From: an uncultured Bacilli bacterium
Lineage (GTDB): Bacteria > Bacillota_I > Bacilli_A > RFN20 > DUOF01
DNA length: 42,439 nt
NCBI GenBank assembly: GCA_944363575.1
Contig: CALVUJ010000002.1
Span: forward strand, 1 to 42,439
Direction of reading: 5' to 3'
The notes beneath the pieces are model-generated. The model was not told the DNA's origin and did no database searches. It worked only from the letters and a program-made list of their open reading frames with translations. Each line of letters opens with the position of its first letter. Position 1 is the stretch's first letter. The position numbers and the translations under genes are program-made. Positions 9,943 to 20,745 of this stretch are shown one piece after another.

Positions 9943-10008
9943 TCTTGCTACACCTCATTAAATTGTATTAAAAGGTGTGCTTATTTATAACTAATAAAAA
10001 AAGGCTAT

Positions 10009-10860
10009 TTAAGCCTTTCCTTCACTACCAAACAACTTTATCTTTTCCCTAACAACTTTCTTAATACCCTCTTTACCAGGTCCAATTATCTTTCGAGGAT
10101 CATATACCTTACTATCCTTATTAATAATCTCTCTAACAATTTTAGTCCACTCTTGTTGAGACTCTGTATTAACGTTTATTTTACATGTCCCTCTAGAAAT
10201 TGCTTCTTTAATTTGATAATCAGGTATCCCACTTCCGCCATGTAACACTAAAGGTAACTGAGTAATCTCACTAATCTCTTTCATCTCTTTAAAACCTAAC
10301 TTAGGCTCTCCATGATATGGCCCATGTACAGAACCTAATGCTGGTGCTAAACAATCAACCCCAGTATCCTTACCAAAAGAAGCACACTCACCAACATCGG
10401 CATACAAGATACCAGAAATTACATGATCTTCTTGACCCCCAACATGACCTAACTCTGCTTCTACACTAACGTTAAACTTAGATGCATACTCCACTACTTG
10501 CTTCGTAATTCTCACATTCTCACTATACTCATACTTAGAAGCATCAATCATCACTGAAGTAAACCCGGCATCAATAGCTTCCTTACACTTCTCAAAACTA
10601 CTACCATGATCTAAATGAATAACAACAGGAACACTAATATTCATTGTTTCTATTAAAGAAGAAACAATTGCCACAACTACTTTAAAACCTCCCATATACT
10701 TACTAGCCCCTTCACTAACCCCTATAATCAAAGGACTATTCAAAGCCTGAGCCTCCTCTAAAATAGCCTGCGTCCATTCTAAATTATTTGTATTAAATTG
10801 ACCAACCGCATATTTCCCTTCTTTAGCCTTTAAAAGCATCTCTTTCATATTAACTAACAT
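10009..10860 (-). CDS. fba: Fructose-bisphosphate aldolase, class II
   Basis: Class II FBA motifs (HLDHGSS, GGSG) over the full length. Confidence 0.9.
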   Translation of the reverse strand: MLVNMKEMLLKAKEGKYAVGQFNTNNLEWTQAILEEAQALNSPLIIGVSEGASKYMGGFKVVVAIVSSLIETMNISVPVVIHLDHGSSFEKCKEAIDAGFTSVMIDASKYEYSENVRITKQVVEYASKFNVSVEAELGHVGGQEDHVISGILYADVGECASFGKDTGVDCLAPALGSVHGPYHGEPKLGFKEMKEISEITQLPLVLHGGSGIPDYQIKEAISRGTCKINVNTESQQEWTKIVREIINKDSKVYDPRKIIGPGKEGIKKVVREKIKLFGSEGKA

Positions 10861-10887
10861 AACTTTCCTCCTTAAACAAAAAGAGAA

Positions 10888-11301
10888 TTAATAATTCTCC
10901 TCTTCTTCCTCTTCTTCCTCTTCTTCTTCTACTAATTCTTTTTCCTCTAATTCATCATCAAATTCACTATGATAAACTTCCTCATCATCTTCTTCTTCTT
11001 CATCTTCCACTAATTCTTTCTCTTCTTCATCAATTTCTGTATAAACATCATTCATATCAATATGAACCTTATCAAAACATTGTCTCTCTCTTAAATCCCA
11101 AGTATTATCCTCTAATAAAACAAATCTCTCATCTAAACTCAAATTAGTATAAAAATCAGAAATATAATCATTAGCTTCATCTTCACTCAAACCTAAAACC
11201 TCACTAACTTCACCCCAAAACTTATTAAACTTTTGAGGCCCTTGCTTCTTTGACAACAATTCATAACCTACTTCTACCATTGATCTTTTTAACATATTCA
11301 T
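10888..11301 (-). CDS. rpoE: DNA-directed RNA polymerase delta subunit
   Basis: N-terminal HARE-HTH-like domain (FYTNLSLDERFVLLEDNTWDLRER) plus poly-acidic C-terminal tail typical of delta. Confidence 0.85.
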   Translation of the reverse strand: MNMLKRSMVEVGYELLSKKQGPQKFNKFWGEVSEVLGLSEDEANDYISDFYTNLSLDERFVLLEDNTWDLRERQCFDKVHIDMNDVYTEIDEEEKELVEDEEEEDDEEVYHSEFDDELEEKELVEEEEEEEEEEENY

Positions 11302-11370
11302 TCCTCCTATAAAGACACTTAATTATAAACTATTATTATTAAAAACACAATATCCCACTAACCAAAAAAA

Positions 11371-14300
11371 CTAATCCATTTCTTCTCTATTTTTACCTTT
11401 CTTAACAAACACTTTCTTAAACACTTTAAACGCATTATCCCTAGAAGTATAAACCTTAACATAATCTGTCCTAACAAAATTACTCACAAACTTAAGACCC
11501 TCTGATTTCCTTATAATACGCACAAACATTTTTGCATTCCTAAGATCATCAATCGTCGCAATAACAAGCTTTAAAGGCGTTGCCACAAAATCTTTCTCAC
11601 CACTAACATCAACATGATGATACTCTTCCTTCCTATAAATTGATGGATCTAAAGCAAAGTAAACTTGCAACAGCCCATCAACAACATTCATCTTTGCTAC
11701 CGGCATATTATTCAAATAGAATGTCTCATAATCCCTTTTAATCTTACTAACAATTCCCTCATAAGATAACAATTCATTCTTAATATCACTATAATATTGT
11801 TTAGTTTCTTCTGTAGACCTAAACAACTTATCAACAAAAGATAAAGCCACGATATCCTTCTCATCAATCTTTACAGGATTTTTAACAAACTTAACAGATT
11901 CCTCTATTATAATATCCTTCTCTTCTTTTAACGACTCGCTCCTCTCACTAATAAAAGCATTAACACTATCCAAAACCCTCTTCTTTCGTATAACATCTCG
12001 AATTACTTTTCTTCTCTTAATTACACCAATCTTATCAAATTTAGTCAAAACAACAAACGCCACAACCATACCCACAATAATAAACAAAATAGAACCAAAA
12101 ACAACAAAAACCCAAGTCATATCAATATTTAACACAGCCTCCATAGGCTCAATATAATTATAATTATCAAAATCACCTTCAAAAGTTACTCTCACTATAT
12201 GCTTAAATGGCAAAGATGTACCATTACCCACACGATTATCTATCGAATAACTAACAGTTAAACCCTCTGGAAGATCTCCCTCAAGATTAATAAAATGATT
12301 CTTAAAATTATAATTAATTTTCTTATTCTCTAACTTTAAACCAGATATATCATAATCACCTTTAGCAATTGAAAACTCAAGATAACTACCCGATCGCAAA
12401 TAAAAGTTACTATTACTAACACTTAAATCTATACGATAACTACCCGCATTTTTAATAACATCTTTACCATTATAATCCACAACTAATCCTACATCTTCAC
12501 TAGTCCCATCAACTCGAATACCAATATTCTTTACATTCCCATCATATTTTAAATTTTCATAAAAGAAAAACCTAACATCGACAGGTGCTGGAACAATCTT
12601 TATTTTATACGAACCAGTACCAGGAACCATAGTAGCCACATAATTCGTATTATTAGTTAAATATGCACCTACTATATTGTAATATCCAACATCTAAACTA
12701 GTTAACCCGCCTTCTTTAGAAAAACAAACAAGGACATCTTCCCCTTTAACTCCTTTATACACTTTACTCAAAACATTTTGCCCAAGTGTCTGCCCATAAG
12801 TAACCTCAAATAAATCAGGTTCCACAACCAATTCATATGGATCAATATGTAAACTATAAGTCATACTCAAAGCCTTATAATTTTCACTTTCATCAACAGA
12901 TACTAACATCTTATAAACACCAGTTGTTGTTAAATTAGCATTAATAAACGAAGAATAATCACCATACACAAGAATACTCTCATTGTGATTAAGAGTAACA
13001 TCTACCCTTTGTGCTACACCATTATAAACTTTTGTTTGATATATATCGCCAATAAACACACTATCTGCCTTTTCAATTGTAATTTCCATCTCTTCACCAG
13101 TTAACTCATAATTGCCATCACTAACACCACTCGCCACCAACTCATAAGTACCAGCATTTTTAAACTCACTAACAACATCATTCTTAGTAATTACTACATC
13201 TAACAAAACATCATTTTCCTCAATATTCTCATAACTAGCACTAACACTCTTAACAGTACCATCATACACTAAATACTCTGGAATATCCCATTTTACCGCT
13301 ACCAATTTAGGATTAATAACTACTTTACCCTCACTAGAAGCACTCAATGAAAAACTATAATTAGAATTATCCCCAGTAACTCCCACTATACGATAATTAC
13401 CAGCATTTCTATTACTAATATCTTCCCTATCATAAACCAAACTAATCTCATTAATAACATTATTATCATAAACAGAATCAATATAAACCCCAGTTAAATT
13501 CTCATTATCACCATAAGAAAAAACAAAGTCTTCCAACAAATTAATCTCTACTTCTTTCTGTACAACACTCAAATCACCATAATCATACTCAATACTATAA
13601 TTACTAACATAGTTACTCTCACTATCCGCATACCCAATATTTAAAATCTCAATCTTTAAAACATCCGTATAAGTACCCACAACTAACTCCTTATTATCAT
13701 TAGAGTACACCGCAACCTCATAATTCTTAATCTCTTCACCATTAACTAAAGACTTTTCACTATCGACTTCAAAATATCTTCCATTAACTTCCTTCGCCCC
13801 TACATATTCTCCGTATACAGTTTCATTACCATTAACTTTTATCAATAATTCTTTAGGCTCAATATTAACCTCTATTTCAATACTGCTAGAACTCTCATAT
13901 TCTCCATATTGAACAGTAACCTCGCAAGCATATGTACCACTCTGACTAACTAAACTAATAGAGTACAAATTGCTATTGCCACCTACAACACTCCAAATGC
14001 TATTATGATTTCTTTTCCATGTATATGTTACCTCAAACCCTTCTGTACCACTTAAATCATGTACATAACTAACTACCATCTCTAACTCATTTTCTCTACC
14101 ATTGTATATCTTCTCATTGTTACTCACACCATCACCTTGTGCTAGTATACTCAACTCAGGCAAAGCAAGCGACCATTTAGCCTCTATAGAATGTGTCAAA
14201 TTATTTTGAGAACCTTCTTCAGCTATACTATTTTCCGTTACTTTATACCCACCTTTATCAGATATCCAACCATCAAAAACAAAACCAGCACTCGTTAATT

Positions 14301-15009
14301 CAGAAGGAATACTACTTAACTGCTCCCCTACATAATACACTCTATCTTCTGCATAATTAACAACTTCATCACTATAAAAATGATATGTTACCTTATAAGT
14401 AAAAAAGACATTTGTTAACTCCTTCCAAACATCAGCATTCCTATAAGTACTCAACACCGTATTATTAGCAACAACAATTCTAACTTCATTATTAATTCCT
14501 GAAAAAACATTAACATTCTCAAGTTCACTAAATGATGGATTCTCTAAAGATCTATACCTATTAATAAATATTGTCTTAAGTGCACTATTTAAAAAAGCAT
14601 TCTCTCTAATCAAAGTAACACTACTAGCTAAACTAACTTCCTCTAATCTAGAAAACCCACTAAAAGCATACAAACCTACCGTCTGAAGATTATTGCCCCC
14701 ACTTACAGTTACAACTAAATCTTTCGCCGAGTTTAAAACACCAACACCATCACTACCATCGCTAATACTAACAACAGCATACCCATTATAGGTATCAGGA
14801 ATCTCTAAACTATCACTACACTCTCCAGCACAAGAAACACCAGTAATAGAGTAGCCCTTACTCACATCAACCAAATCAACCTGCTCAAAGGTAAAAGACC
14901 AGCCCTCAGAAGCCTTCACCTGATTATGAGATAACATGAAAAAAGACATAACTGCCACGAACATTAAAATTATATATTTTAAAGTTTTATTTTTCACCAC
15001 TTTATTCAC
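11371..15009 (-). CDS. Large surface protein: signal peptide, BspA-type leucine-rich repeats, multiple MBG/YDG-type beta repeats, C-terminal TM helix and ~260-aa cytoplasmic tail
   Basis: Signal peptide MNKVVKNKTLKYIILMFVAVMSFFMLSHNQVKA. LRR-like LQTVGLYAFSGFSRLEEVSLASSVTLIRENAF. Recurring K.YDG/YNG motifs. Hydrophobic VFVVFGSILFIIVGMVVAFVVL near residue 950. Confidence 0.7.
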   Translation of the reverse strand: MNKVVKNKTLKYIILMFVAVMSFFMLSHNQVKASEGWSFTFEQVDLVDVSKGYSITGVSCAGECSDSLEIPDTYNGYAVVSISDGSDGVGVLNSAKDLVVTVSGGNNLQTVGLYAFSGFSRLEEVSLASSVTLIRENAFLNSALKTIFINRYRSLENPSFSELENVNVFSGINNEVRIVVANNTVLSTYRNADVWKELTNVFFTYKVTYHFYSDEVVNYAEDRVYYVGEQLSSIPSELTSAGFVFDGWISDKGGYKVTENSIAEEGSQNNLTHSIEAKWSLALPELSILAQGDGVSNNEKIYNGRENELEMVVSYVHDLSGTEGFEVTYTWKRNHNSIWSVVGGNSNLYSISLVSQSGTYACEVTVQYGEYESSSSIEIEVNIEPKELLIKVNGNETVYGEYVGAKEVNGRYFEVDSEKSLVNGEEIKNYEVAVYSNDNKELVVGTYTDVLKIEILNIGYADSESNYVSNYSIEYDYGDLSVVQKEVEINLLEDFVFSYGDNENLTGVYIDSVYDNNVINEISLVYDREDISNRNAGNYRIVGVTGDNSNYSFSLSASSEGKVVINPKLVAVKWDIPEYLVYDGTVKSVSASYENIEENDVLLDVVITKNDVVSEFKNAGTYELVASGVSDGNYELTGEEMEITIEKADSVFIGDIYQTKVYNGVAQRVDVTLNHNESILVYGDYSSFINANLTTTGVYKMLVSVDESENYKALSMTYSLHIDPYELVVEPDLFEVTYGQTLGQNVLSKVYKGVKGEDVLVCFSKEGGLTSLDVGYYNIVGAYLTNNTNYVATMVPGTGSYKIKIVPAPVDVRFFFYENLKYDGNVKNIGIRVDGTSEDVGLVVDYNGKDVIKNAGSYRIDLSVSNSNFYLRSGSYLEFSIAKGDYDISGLKLENKKINYNFKNHFINLEGDLPEGLTVSYSIDNRVGNGTSLPFKHIVRVTFEGDFDNYNYIEPMEAVLNIDMTWVFVVFGSILFIIVGMVVAFVVLTKFDKIGVIKRRKVIRDVIRKKRVLDSVNAFISERSESLKEEKDIIIEESVKFVKNPVKIDEKDIVALSFVDKLFRSTEETKQYYSDIKNELLSYEGIVSKIKRDYETFYLNNMPVAKMNVVDGLLQVYFALDPSIYRKEEYHHVDVSGEKDFVATPLKLVIATIDDLRNAKMFVRIIRKSEGLKFVSNFVRTDYVKVYTSRDNAFKVFKKVFVKKGKNREEMD

Positions 15010-15089
15010 CTCTACTACTAAGCATACTTCTAATTTACCACAAATTTAATTTTTCTTATATAATATTACTCCTGTTTTTAATTTTTTTC

Positions 15090-15953
15090 CTAGTACCATT
15101 CAACAAAACACTTAACTTTCCTATACATATCATCACTATTAATCTTACTTAAAATCTTATTACATTTTTCAAAGCCTATCTCATTATTTAAAAATCTATC
15201 CATATCCACAACACAAGAAACCACTTCATCCAACAACTCTTCCTCTTCACTAATATCTCCATACTCACCCAAAAATAACTCCCTACCAAAATCATCTAAA
15301 CATTGCAAAATCAATTTCACATCTAAAAATCGATACCCTAAACAAAATTCCTCTAAACCCCACAAAAAGACCTCATTATCTTTACTAACCAAGATATTTC
15401 CTAAAGAAAATCCCACATTCAAGCATTTCTTAACCCTATCTAACTTCAATTTAATATTATCAAAATTTTTATATATTTCAAAAAGTACCTTATTACTCTT
15501 TAAATCAAGTACTTCCCTTACTTTACTAACACTCGACAAAGAAAATAAACAACTATATTCTTCAGCCTCACCTTCTTCAATACTATGTATTCCCTTATAC
15601 AATTTAGCTAACCCTACAATCACTTCTCTACTACCCAAATCTTCTTGCTTAAGCATCCTATATTCTCTAGAATCATCATACACAACAAGCCTCTCGCTTT
15701 TCCACAAACAAACAGGCTTTTTAATTCCATATTTTACCATCAAATCCTCATTTTTTCTTAAAAACTCTTCCCCAACATCATTATCATCATATCTAAAAAT
15801 ATAACTACTTTTCCCTTTCTCTCCTTTTAAAGCCCAAACATTATTTCTAACCTCCATCACCATCATTTCACAATCAAGCTCAACCCCTTGATTCATCAAC
15901 TCATTCCTAACCTTACTAATTATTTTATTCACTAACATACTACATACACCCAC
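15090..15953 (-). CDS. Kinase-fold (APH/CotS-like) protein with degenerate catalytic motifs; possible pseudokinase
   Basis: Segment GFSLGNILVSKDNEVFLWGLEEF aligns to the HGDLHPGNILV...IDFE catalytic/activation loops, but HGD->GFS and DFE->LEE. Confidence 0.35.
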   Translation of the reverse strand: MGVCSMLVNKIISKVRNELMNQGVELDCEMMVMEVRNNVWALKGEKGKSSYIFRYDDNDVGEEFLRKNEDLMVKYGIKKPVCLWKSERLVVYDDSREYRMLKQEDLGSREVIVGLAKLYKGIHSIEEGEAEEYSCLFSLSSVSKVREVLDLKSNKVLFEIYKNFDNIKLKLDRVKKCLNVGFSLGNILVSKDNEVFLWGLEEFCLGYRFLDVKLILQCLDDFGRELFLGEYGDISEEEELLDEVVSCVVDMDRFLNNEIGFEKCNKILSKINSDDMYRKVKCFVEWY

Positions 15954-15991
15954 TTATACTTTACATTATTTTTTATATTACTAAAAATAAA

Positions 15992-16020
15992 TTGAAATAA
16001 AAAAAACAATTAGTTATAAT
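15992..16020 (+). promoter_or_regulatory. Sigma-A-type promoter for dnaD (TTGAAA-17-TATAAT)
   Basis: TTGAAA at 15992-15997, 17-bp spacer, TATAAT at 16015-16020. RBS AAGGTGA, then ATG at 16039. Confidence 0.7.
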
Positions 16021-16038
16021 TAATTCAAGGTGATTAGC

Positions 16039-16671
16039 ATGGAAAAAATAACAGACGCTATCGACTGGAGAATGATTCTTGTAGATAACTATAAAAAATT
16101 AGGCTTAAATGAAAAAGAACTAAGCATCATTTTAGTAACATACTCCTTAATTCAAAAAGGAGTTGATTTCATCACTCCTGATATCATCGCTCTAAAAATG
16201 ACCCTTGATTTCAACGAAATAGATAACAACTTTACTAACTTAATAAAAAAAGATATTCTAACCCTTGAAGGAACAGATAAATTACACATCTCTATTGAAT
16301 CCTTAAAGAAAAAACTTATCAATATTTTTTATGAAGAAGTAAAAAAAGAAACGGCTAACCCATCAAGCAAAGAACAAAACGATATTTTTGTTTTATTTGA
16401 AACGGAATTTGGAAGAGCACTATCCCAATTTGAAGTAAACACCATCAAAGAATGGTTTAATCAAGGAAATAGTGCCTCTACAATTAAAGAAGCCTTAAAT
16501 GTTGCAACTTTAGCTAAAGCCAAAACAATCCGCTATATTGATAAAGTATTATTAGAATGGAAAAGAAGAGAAGAAATAAATAAAAACGGAATCTCTCCTT
16601 TATCTGAAAAATGGGGCAAAAACCTTGAAGAAACAATGGAAATAGCTAAAATAAACTGGATGGAAGACTAA
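16039..16671 (+). CDS. dnaD: DNA replication initiation/membrane attachment protein DnaD
   Basis: DnaD/DnaB_2 C-terminal domain family similarity. Adjacent to nth as in Bacillus. Start moved from GTG 16030 to ATG 16039 on RBS spacing. Confidence 0.7.
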   Translation: MEKITDAIDWRMILVDNYKKLGLNEKELSIILVTYSLIQKGVDFITPDIIALKMTLDFNEIDNNFTNLIKKDILTLEGTDKLHISIESLKKKLINIFYEEVKKETANPSSKEQNDIFVLFETEFGRALSQFEVNTIKEWFNQGNSASTIKEALNVATLAKAKTIRYIDKVLLEWKRREEINKNGISPLSEKWGKNLEETMEIAKINWMED

Positions 16672-16673
16672 TA

Positions 16674-17285
16674 ATGGATCATCATAAGATTAAAAAGAAC
16701 TTAGAAATAATGATAGAAAACCCTAAATGCGAACTAAACTATAATAATGATTGGCAATTATTGATTGCCATTCTTTTATCTGCACAATGCACTGATAAAA
16801 AAGTAAACAAAGTAACACCCATCCTTTTTGAAAAATACCCAACATTACTTGCCTTAAAAAACGCTAATATAAAAGAACTTGAAAAAATTATTTATCCCCT
16901 TGGATTATCTAAAACTAAAGCAAGAAACATCATTAATCTAGCCACTATTATACACGACCAATATAACGATGTCGTACCAAACAACAAAAATGAATTATTG
17001 ACTTTACCTGGAATAGGGACAAAAACTGCTAATGTAATGCTTATTGAGTATTTTAAAATACCAGCCTTCCCTGTTGATACACATGTTGCTAGAGTAAGTA
17101 AACGGTTAAACTTATGTGAACCCAATGCTAACACCAAACAAATAGAACAAGCACTAACAAGCAAATTTCAAAAAAAAGATTGGGCAGACCTTCACATGCG
17201 TATGGTTTTGTTTGGCCGATATATTTGCAAATCACGTAACCCAAAATGCCACGATTGCCTATTTAAAGGAACCTGCAACAAATAA
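16674..17285 (+). CDS. nth: Endonuclease III (DNA glycosylase/AP lyase)
   Basis: HhH-GPD motif (LPGIGTKTANVM) and C-terminal 4Fe-4S cluster CKSRNPKCHDCLFKGTC. Confidence 0.9.
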   Translation: MDHHKIKKNLEIMIENPKCELNYNNDWQLLIAILLSAQCTDKKVNKVTPILFEKYPTLLALKNANIKELEKIIYPLGLSKTKARNIINLATIIHDQYNDVVPNNKNELLTLPGIGTKTANVMLIEYFKIPAFPVDTHVARVSKRLNLCEPNANTKQIEQALTSKFQKKDWADLHMRMVLFGRYICKSRNPKCHDCLFKGTCNK

Positions 17286-18902
17286 CTATTCACTAAAACA
17301 ACTATTACCAATAAACTCTCTAATCAAAGAATCACTAGGTATATCGCTATCATCAATATCTATAAAATATTTCAAATATTTAATAAGTGTTCGTGATAAA
17401 TTATAATATTCAGAATCTTGCTTAACAGACTTAAGCAATGGAACTGCATACTTCTTCATAACACAAAACTCATAATCCAAAACAGAATTATAAACAAAAT
17501 CAACACCCTCTTGATTATCATATATCCACTTAAATTCCCCTCTTCTAACCGAATGCCATAAAGAAAGAGTATGCACAACATCCGCACCACGACATCTATA
17601 ATCTCGCACTAACCTTCTAATAAGCCTTAAATGAGTAACACTAATCGGATTATGATTATCAATATTAATTTGAATGTGAGGGCCAATATAAATCTCAAAT
17701 TTATTTTCACGTGGAATAGATGAGGTTAATCTTTCATTCAAAGCATGAATACCCTCAATAATAATAGGTGCATTTTCCTTAAGTTTAATCTTCTCCCCTA
17801 CAAATCTCTTCTTCGTTACAAAATCAAACTTAGGCAACACCACCTCTTCACCATCAGATAATTTCTTCAAATCACTATTAAAAAGACTAATATCAATCAA
17901 ATTAATATCCTCAAAATCAATCTTACCATCTTCCGTAAAATTAGTTCGATCTAAATAATAATCATCCATTGATATCTTCACTGGATATATACCCCTTTTT
18001 TCTAACTCTCTTCTAAGCTTATTTGAAAATGTAGTCTTCCCAGAAGAAGAAGGCCCAGCAATCGCAATAAGTTTAATTTTACCTTTCTCCACTATTTTAT
18101 CAACCAATTCTTTCATTGCTCTTTCATGACGCTCTTCACATTTCATAATAAAAGACTTCCCATTACTCGATACATTCTTATTAATCCCACTAACCGTTAA
18201 GGTATTCATCTTTTTACCCCATTCATTAGACTTAACCAAAGTATCTTCATATGTAGCCTCTTCAACAAAATCAGGAATATCGCCCTTTTCCTCAGCCCTT
18301 GGATACTGTAAAACAATTTTACCCTTATACAAAAACAACTTATACCTAGTAAGATACCCCGTCGATGGAACCATATAACTATACATATAATTAATATAAT
18401 CATGACACTTATAAATATGAGCCTCTTTTTCCTTCCTATACTGAAAAACCTCTACTTTATCCTTAAAACCATTATCATCATAATACTTTAACACCGACTC
18501 CTTATCAATAGTCTCTCTTACAAACGGATAATCACCCTCAACAATTTCCTTTACCTTTTGAAAAATCTTTTCAAATTGCTCCTCCGTAAAAGACCCCTCT
18601 TCTAATTTAAAACAAATAGATCTAGACATATAATAATCACAATTAACAATAAAAGATGGAAAAACTTCTTTAATTGCCATCACTATTAAATATCTTAAAG
18701 ATGCTTCATAAACTCTAATACTATCATCATCATCAAACCCCAAAAGTTCAACAACACAATCATCATTTAAACGATACGATAAATCTCTCAATTTATTATT
18801 AACTTTACAAGAAAAAATATCCCTAGTGCCCTTATCAACCAAATCCAACACTTTCATTCCCTTTACATATTCTTTTTCACAACCATTAACAATTATACTC
18901 AT
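17286..18902 (-). CDS. udk: Uridine kinase family protein with N-terminal ThrRS-like TGS domain
   Basis: P-loop IAIAGPSSSGKTTFSNKL and uridine kinase/PRK fold. N-terminal IIVNGCEKEYVKGMKVLDLV TGS-like. Start set at MSIIVNG with RBS GAAAGAGGG. Confidence 0.75.
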   Translation of the reverse strand: MSIIVNGCEKEYVKGMKVLDLVDKGTRDIFSCKVNNKLRDLSYRLNDDCVVELLGFDDDDSIRVYEASLRYLIVMAIKEVFPSFIVNCDYYMSRSICFKLEEGSFTEEQFEKIFQKVKEIVEGDYPFVRETIDKESVLKYYDDNGFKDKVEVFQYRKEKEAHIYKCHDYINYMYSYMVPSTGYLTRYKLFLYKGKIVLQYPRAEEKGDIPDFVEEATYEDTLVKSNEWGKKMNTLTVSGINKNVSSNGKSFIMKCEERHERAMKELVDKIVEKGKIKLIAIAGPSSSGKTTFSNKLRRELEKRGIYPVKISMDDYYLDRTNFTEDGKIDFEDINLIDISLFNSDLKKLSDGEEVVLPKFDFVTKKRFVGEKIKLKENAPIIIEGIHALNERLTSSIPRENKFEIYIGPHIQINIDNHNPISVTHLRLIRRLVRDYRCRGADVVHTLSLWHSVRRGEFKWIYDNQEGVDFVYNSVLDYEFCVMKKYAVPLLKSVKQDSEYYNLSRTLIKYLKYFIDIDDSDIPSDSLIREFIGNSCFSE

Positions 18903-18959
18903 ATTTTCCCTCTTTCCCATATTATTTTATATTATTTATTTTTCTAAAACAATATACCT

Positions 18960-18988
18960 TTATTAAATATTAAATAACATGCTATAAT
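18960..18988 (+). promoter_or_regulatory. Promoter with extended -10 (TGcTATAAT) for the lipoprotein gene
   Basis: TGCTATAAT at 18980-18988. RBS AAGGAGG before ATG 19011. Confidence 0.5.
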
Positions 18989-19010
18989 AGTAAAACCAAG
19001 GAGGATTCAA

Positions 19011-19859
19011 ATGAAAAAAGTCATTCAATTTATTACACTTTTCTCTTTTCTTTTAATTTTAACGGGATGTTTTAAAAAAGAATCTACTACTCCTAATATA
19101 AAAGAGGAAACACTAGAAACAACCTACAAACAAGCCACAGCAAGAAGACCAAAAGCAGAAAAACCAATAGACAATATATTCATTGCCTTAAACACTTTAA
19201 AAAACGCCACTTATTATGAAAGCTCTTCTTCTGGCACTATTGTTGCCAAAAAAGCCATAACACTTGCTAATCAAACTGTTAAAAATAGAAGAATAATAAC
19301 TCCTGAAGCTAATTTTAATGAATCTATAAGCATAAGCTCTTTTGTAAAAGTTGCCGAACAATTATACTCCTCTGAAGATAAGATTCTAAAAAGAAACGCC
19401 AAAAAAGTAACAGAAAATAATGTCACATGGGAAAATGACACATCTACACTATCTAAAGAAAGCTACTTATCACAATACGGCTATTTCTTCACTGACCCAA
19501 CTAGATATGTCATAAATGAAGACACTATCACTAGTGACATTACCGTTGAAAATAATGGCATTGGTCGCAAATACACTTATAAGTTTAATCTTGACCCTGA
19601 AATTGCCCCTTATTACTATAAAATAAACATCAAAAATCTTTCCAACTCCTCCTCTTTACCTACCTTCAAAAGCATTGAAATGACCATCACCTTTGACTAC
19701 AAATGGAGAATGACAAAAATAAGCACATACGAAGTATATGAAATATCAATTTCCGCTTTAGGCACCGTAACCTGCTATGCCACAATTACCGAAACATTCA
19801 GAAATATAAATAAACCTGTTGAAATACCAGAAAAAGCTTTTTTTAGTAAACACTTATAG
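19011..19859 (+). CDS. Lipoprotein (lipobox LTGC), uncharacterized
   Basis: MKKVIQFITLFSFLLILTGC signal peptidase II motif. Confidence 0.65.
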   Translation: MKKVIQFITLFSFLLILTGCFKKESTTPNIKEETLETTYKQATARRPKAEKPIDNIFIALNTLKNATYYESSSSGTIVAKKAITLANQTVKNRRIITPEANFNESISISSFVKVAEQLYSSEDKILKRNAKKVTENNVTWENDTSTLSKESYLSQYGYFFTDPTRYVINEDTITSDITVENNGIGRKYTYKFNLDPEIAPYYYKINIKNLSNSSSLPTFKSIEMTITFDYKWRMTKISTYEVYEISISALGTVTCYATITETFRNINKPVEIPEKAFFSKHL

Positions 19860-20745
19860 GCACACTTGAAATATAAATATCAACAATTGTATTTATATCA
19901 AACTGCTTTATAAAAGAAGCAAAATCACACTTATTAAAATTAATTATAATTCTTAAATAATATTCACTACTTTCAACAATCTCAATATCTCCTTTAGGAA
20001 TACTATAACTCTTATTAAAAATTATTCTAATTTCTTTTTCTTGCCAATATTTTTCCTTTATTTCTTCAAAATCCCCATCAATAACAATACTCCCATCCTG
20101 CACTACACACACTCTTTTACAAATTTTCTCAACATCCATTATATCACTACTCGCCACCACAATCGATGTCTTAAATTCTTTATTAATTCTCTTAAAAATC
20201 TTCAAAACAATATTTTTCTCAACCAAACTAATATTCCCAAAAACATCATCCAAAAAGATAACTTCTGGATTCCTTAACATCATCATCGCTATATTAACTT
20301 TAATTTTTTCAAGCCCATCTAAACTAGCCACTTTCTTACTAAAAACACGATCAATCCCCACTACTTCTTTAAACTCATTAATCCGCTTTTCAACATCCAA
20401 ACTACTAATTCTAAGCTTACTCCCATAAATCATCAAATTATTATACACAGACTCATTATTTGCTAATCTATAATCAAAATAATCACTAATCACTAAACTT
20501 TCTTTTCTCAATCTCTTATCATCCACAACTCCATCTACTAAAATATTCCCACTCGTAGGCTTCGTTTTACCACTTAACAAATTAATAATAGTAGTCTTCC
20601 CTGAATCAGGACGCCCCACTAAAGCTATAATTTCCCCTTGCCTTATAACCAAATTTAATTCTTTAACAATCTCTATTTTCTCACTCTTTATAAAATTCTT
20701 CTTAATCTTTATACTTTTTGAAACATTTTCAACAACAATCTCCAT
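19843..20745 (-). CDS. ABC-type ATPase-like protein with degenerate signature and Walker B motifs, plus a ~90-aa C-terminal extension
   Basis: Walker A GRPDSGKTT. Q-loop/ABC fold. The expected LSGGQ signature position reads SLDGLEK. Walker B IFLDDV (D instead of the catalytic E). No permease gene adjacent. Confidence 0.6.
   Translation of the reverse strand: MEIVVENVSKSIKIKKNFIKSEKIEIVKELNLVIRQGEIIALVGRPDSGKTTIINLLSGKTKPTSGNILVDGVVDDKRLRKESLVISDYFDYRLANNESVYNNLMIYGSKLRISSLDVEKRINEFKEVVGIDRVFSKKVASLDGLEKIKVNIAMMMLRNPEVIFLDDVFGNISLVEKNIVLKIFKRINKEFKTSIVVASSDIMDVEKICKRVCVVQDGSIVIDGDFEEIKEKYWQEKEIRIIFNKSYSIPKGDIEIVESSEYYLRIIINFNKCDFASFIKQFDINTIVDIYISSVPISVY

Noticed and set aside
16892-17164. 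90-aa minus-strand ORF
   Set aside because: Antisense within nth, which has clear HhH and Fe-S motifs. No RBS.
18206-18403. 65-aa minus-strand ORF
   Set aside because: Alternative frame inside the uridine-kinase-family gene. Spurious.
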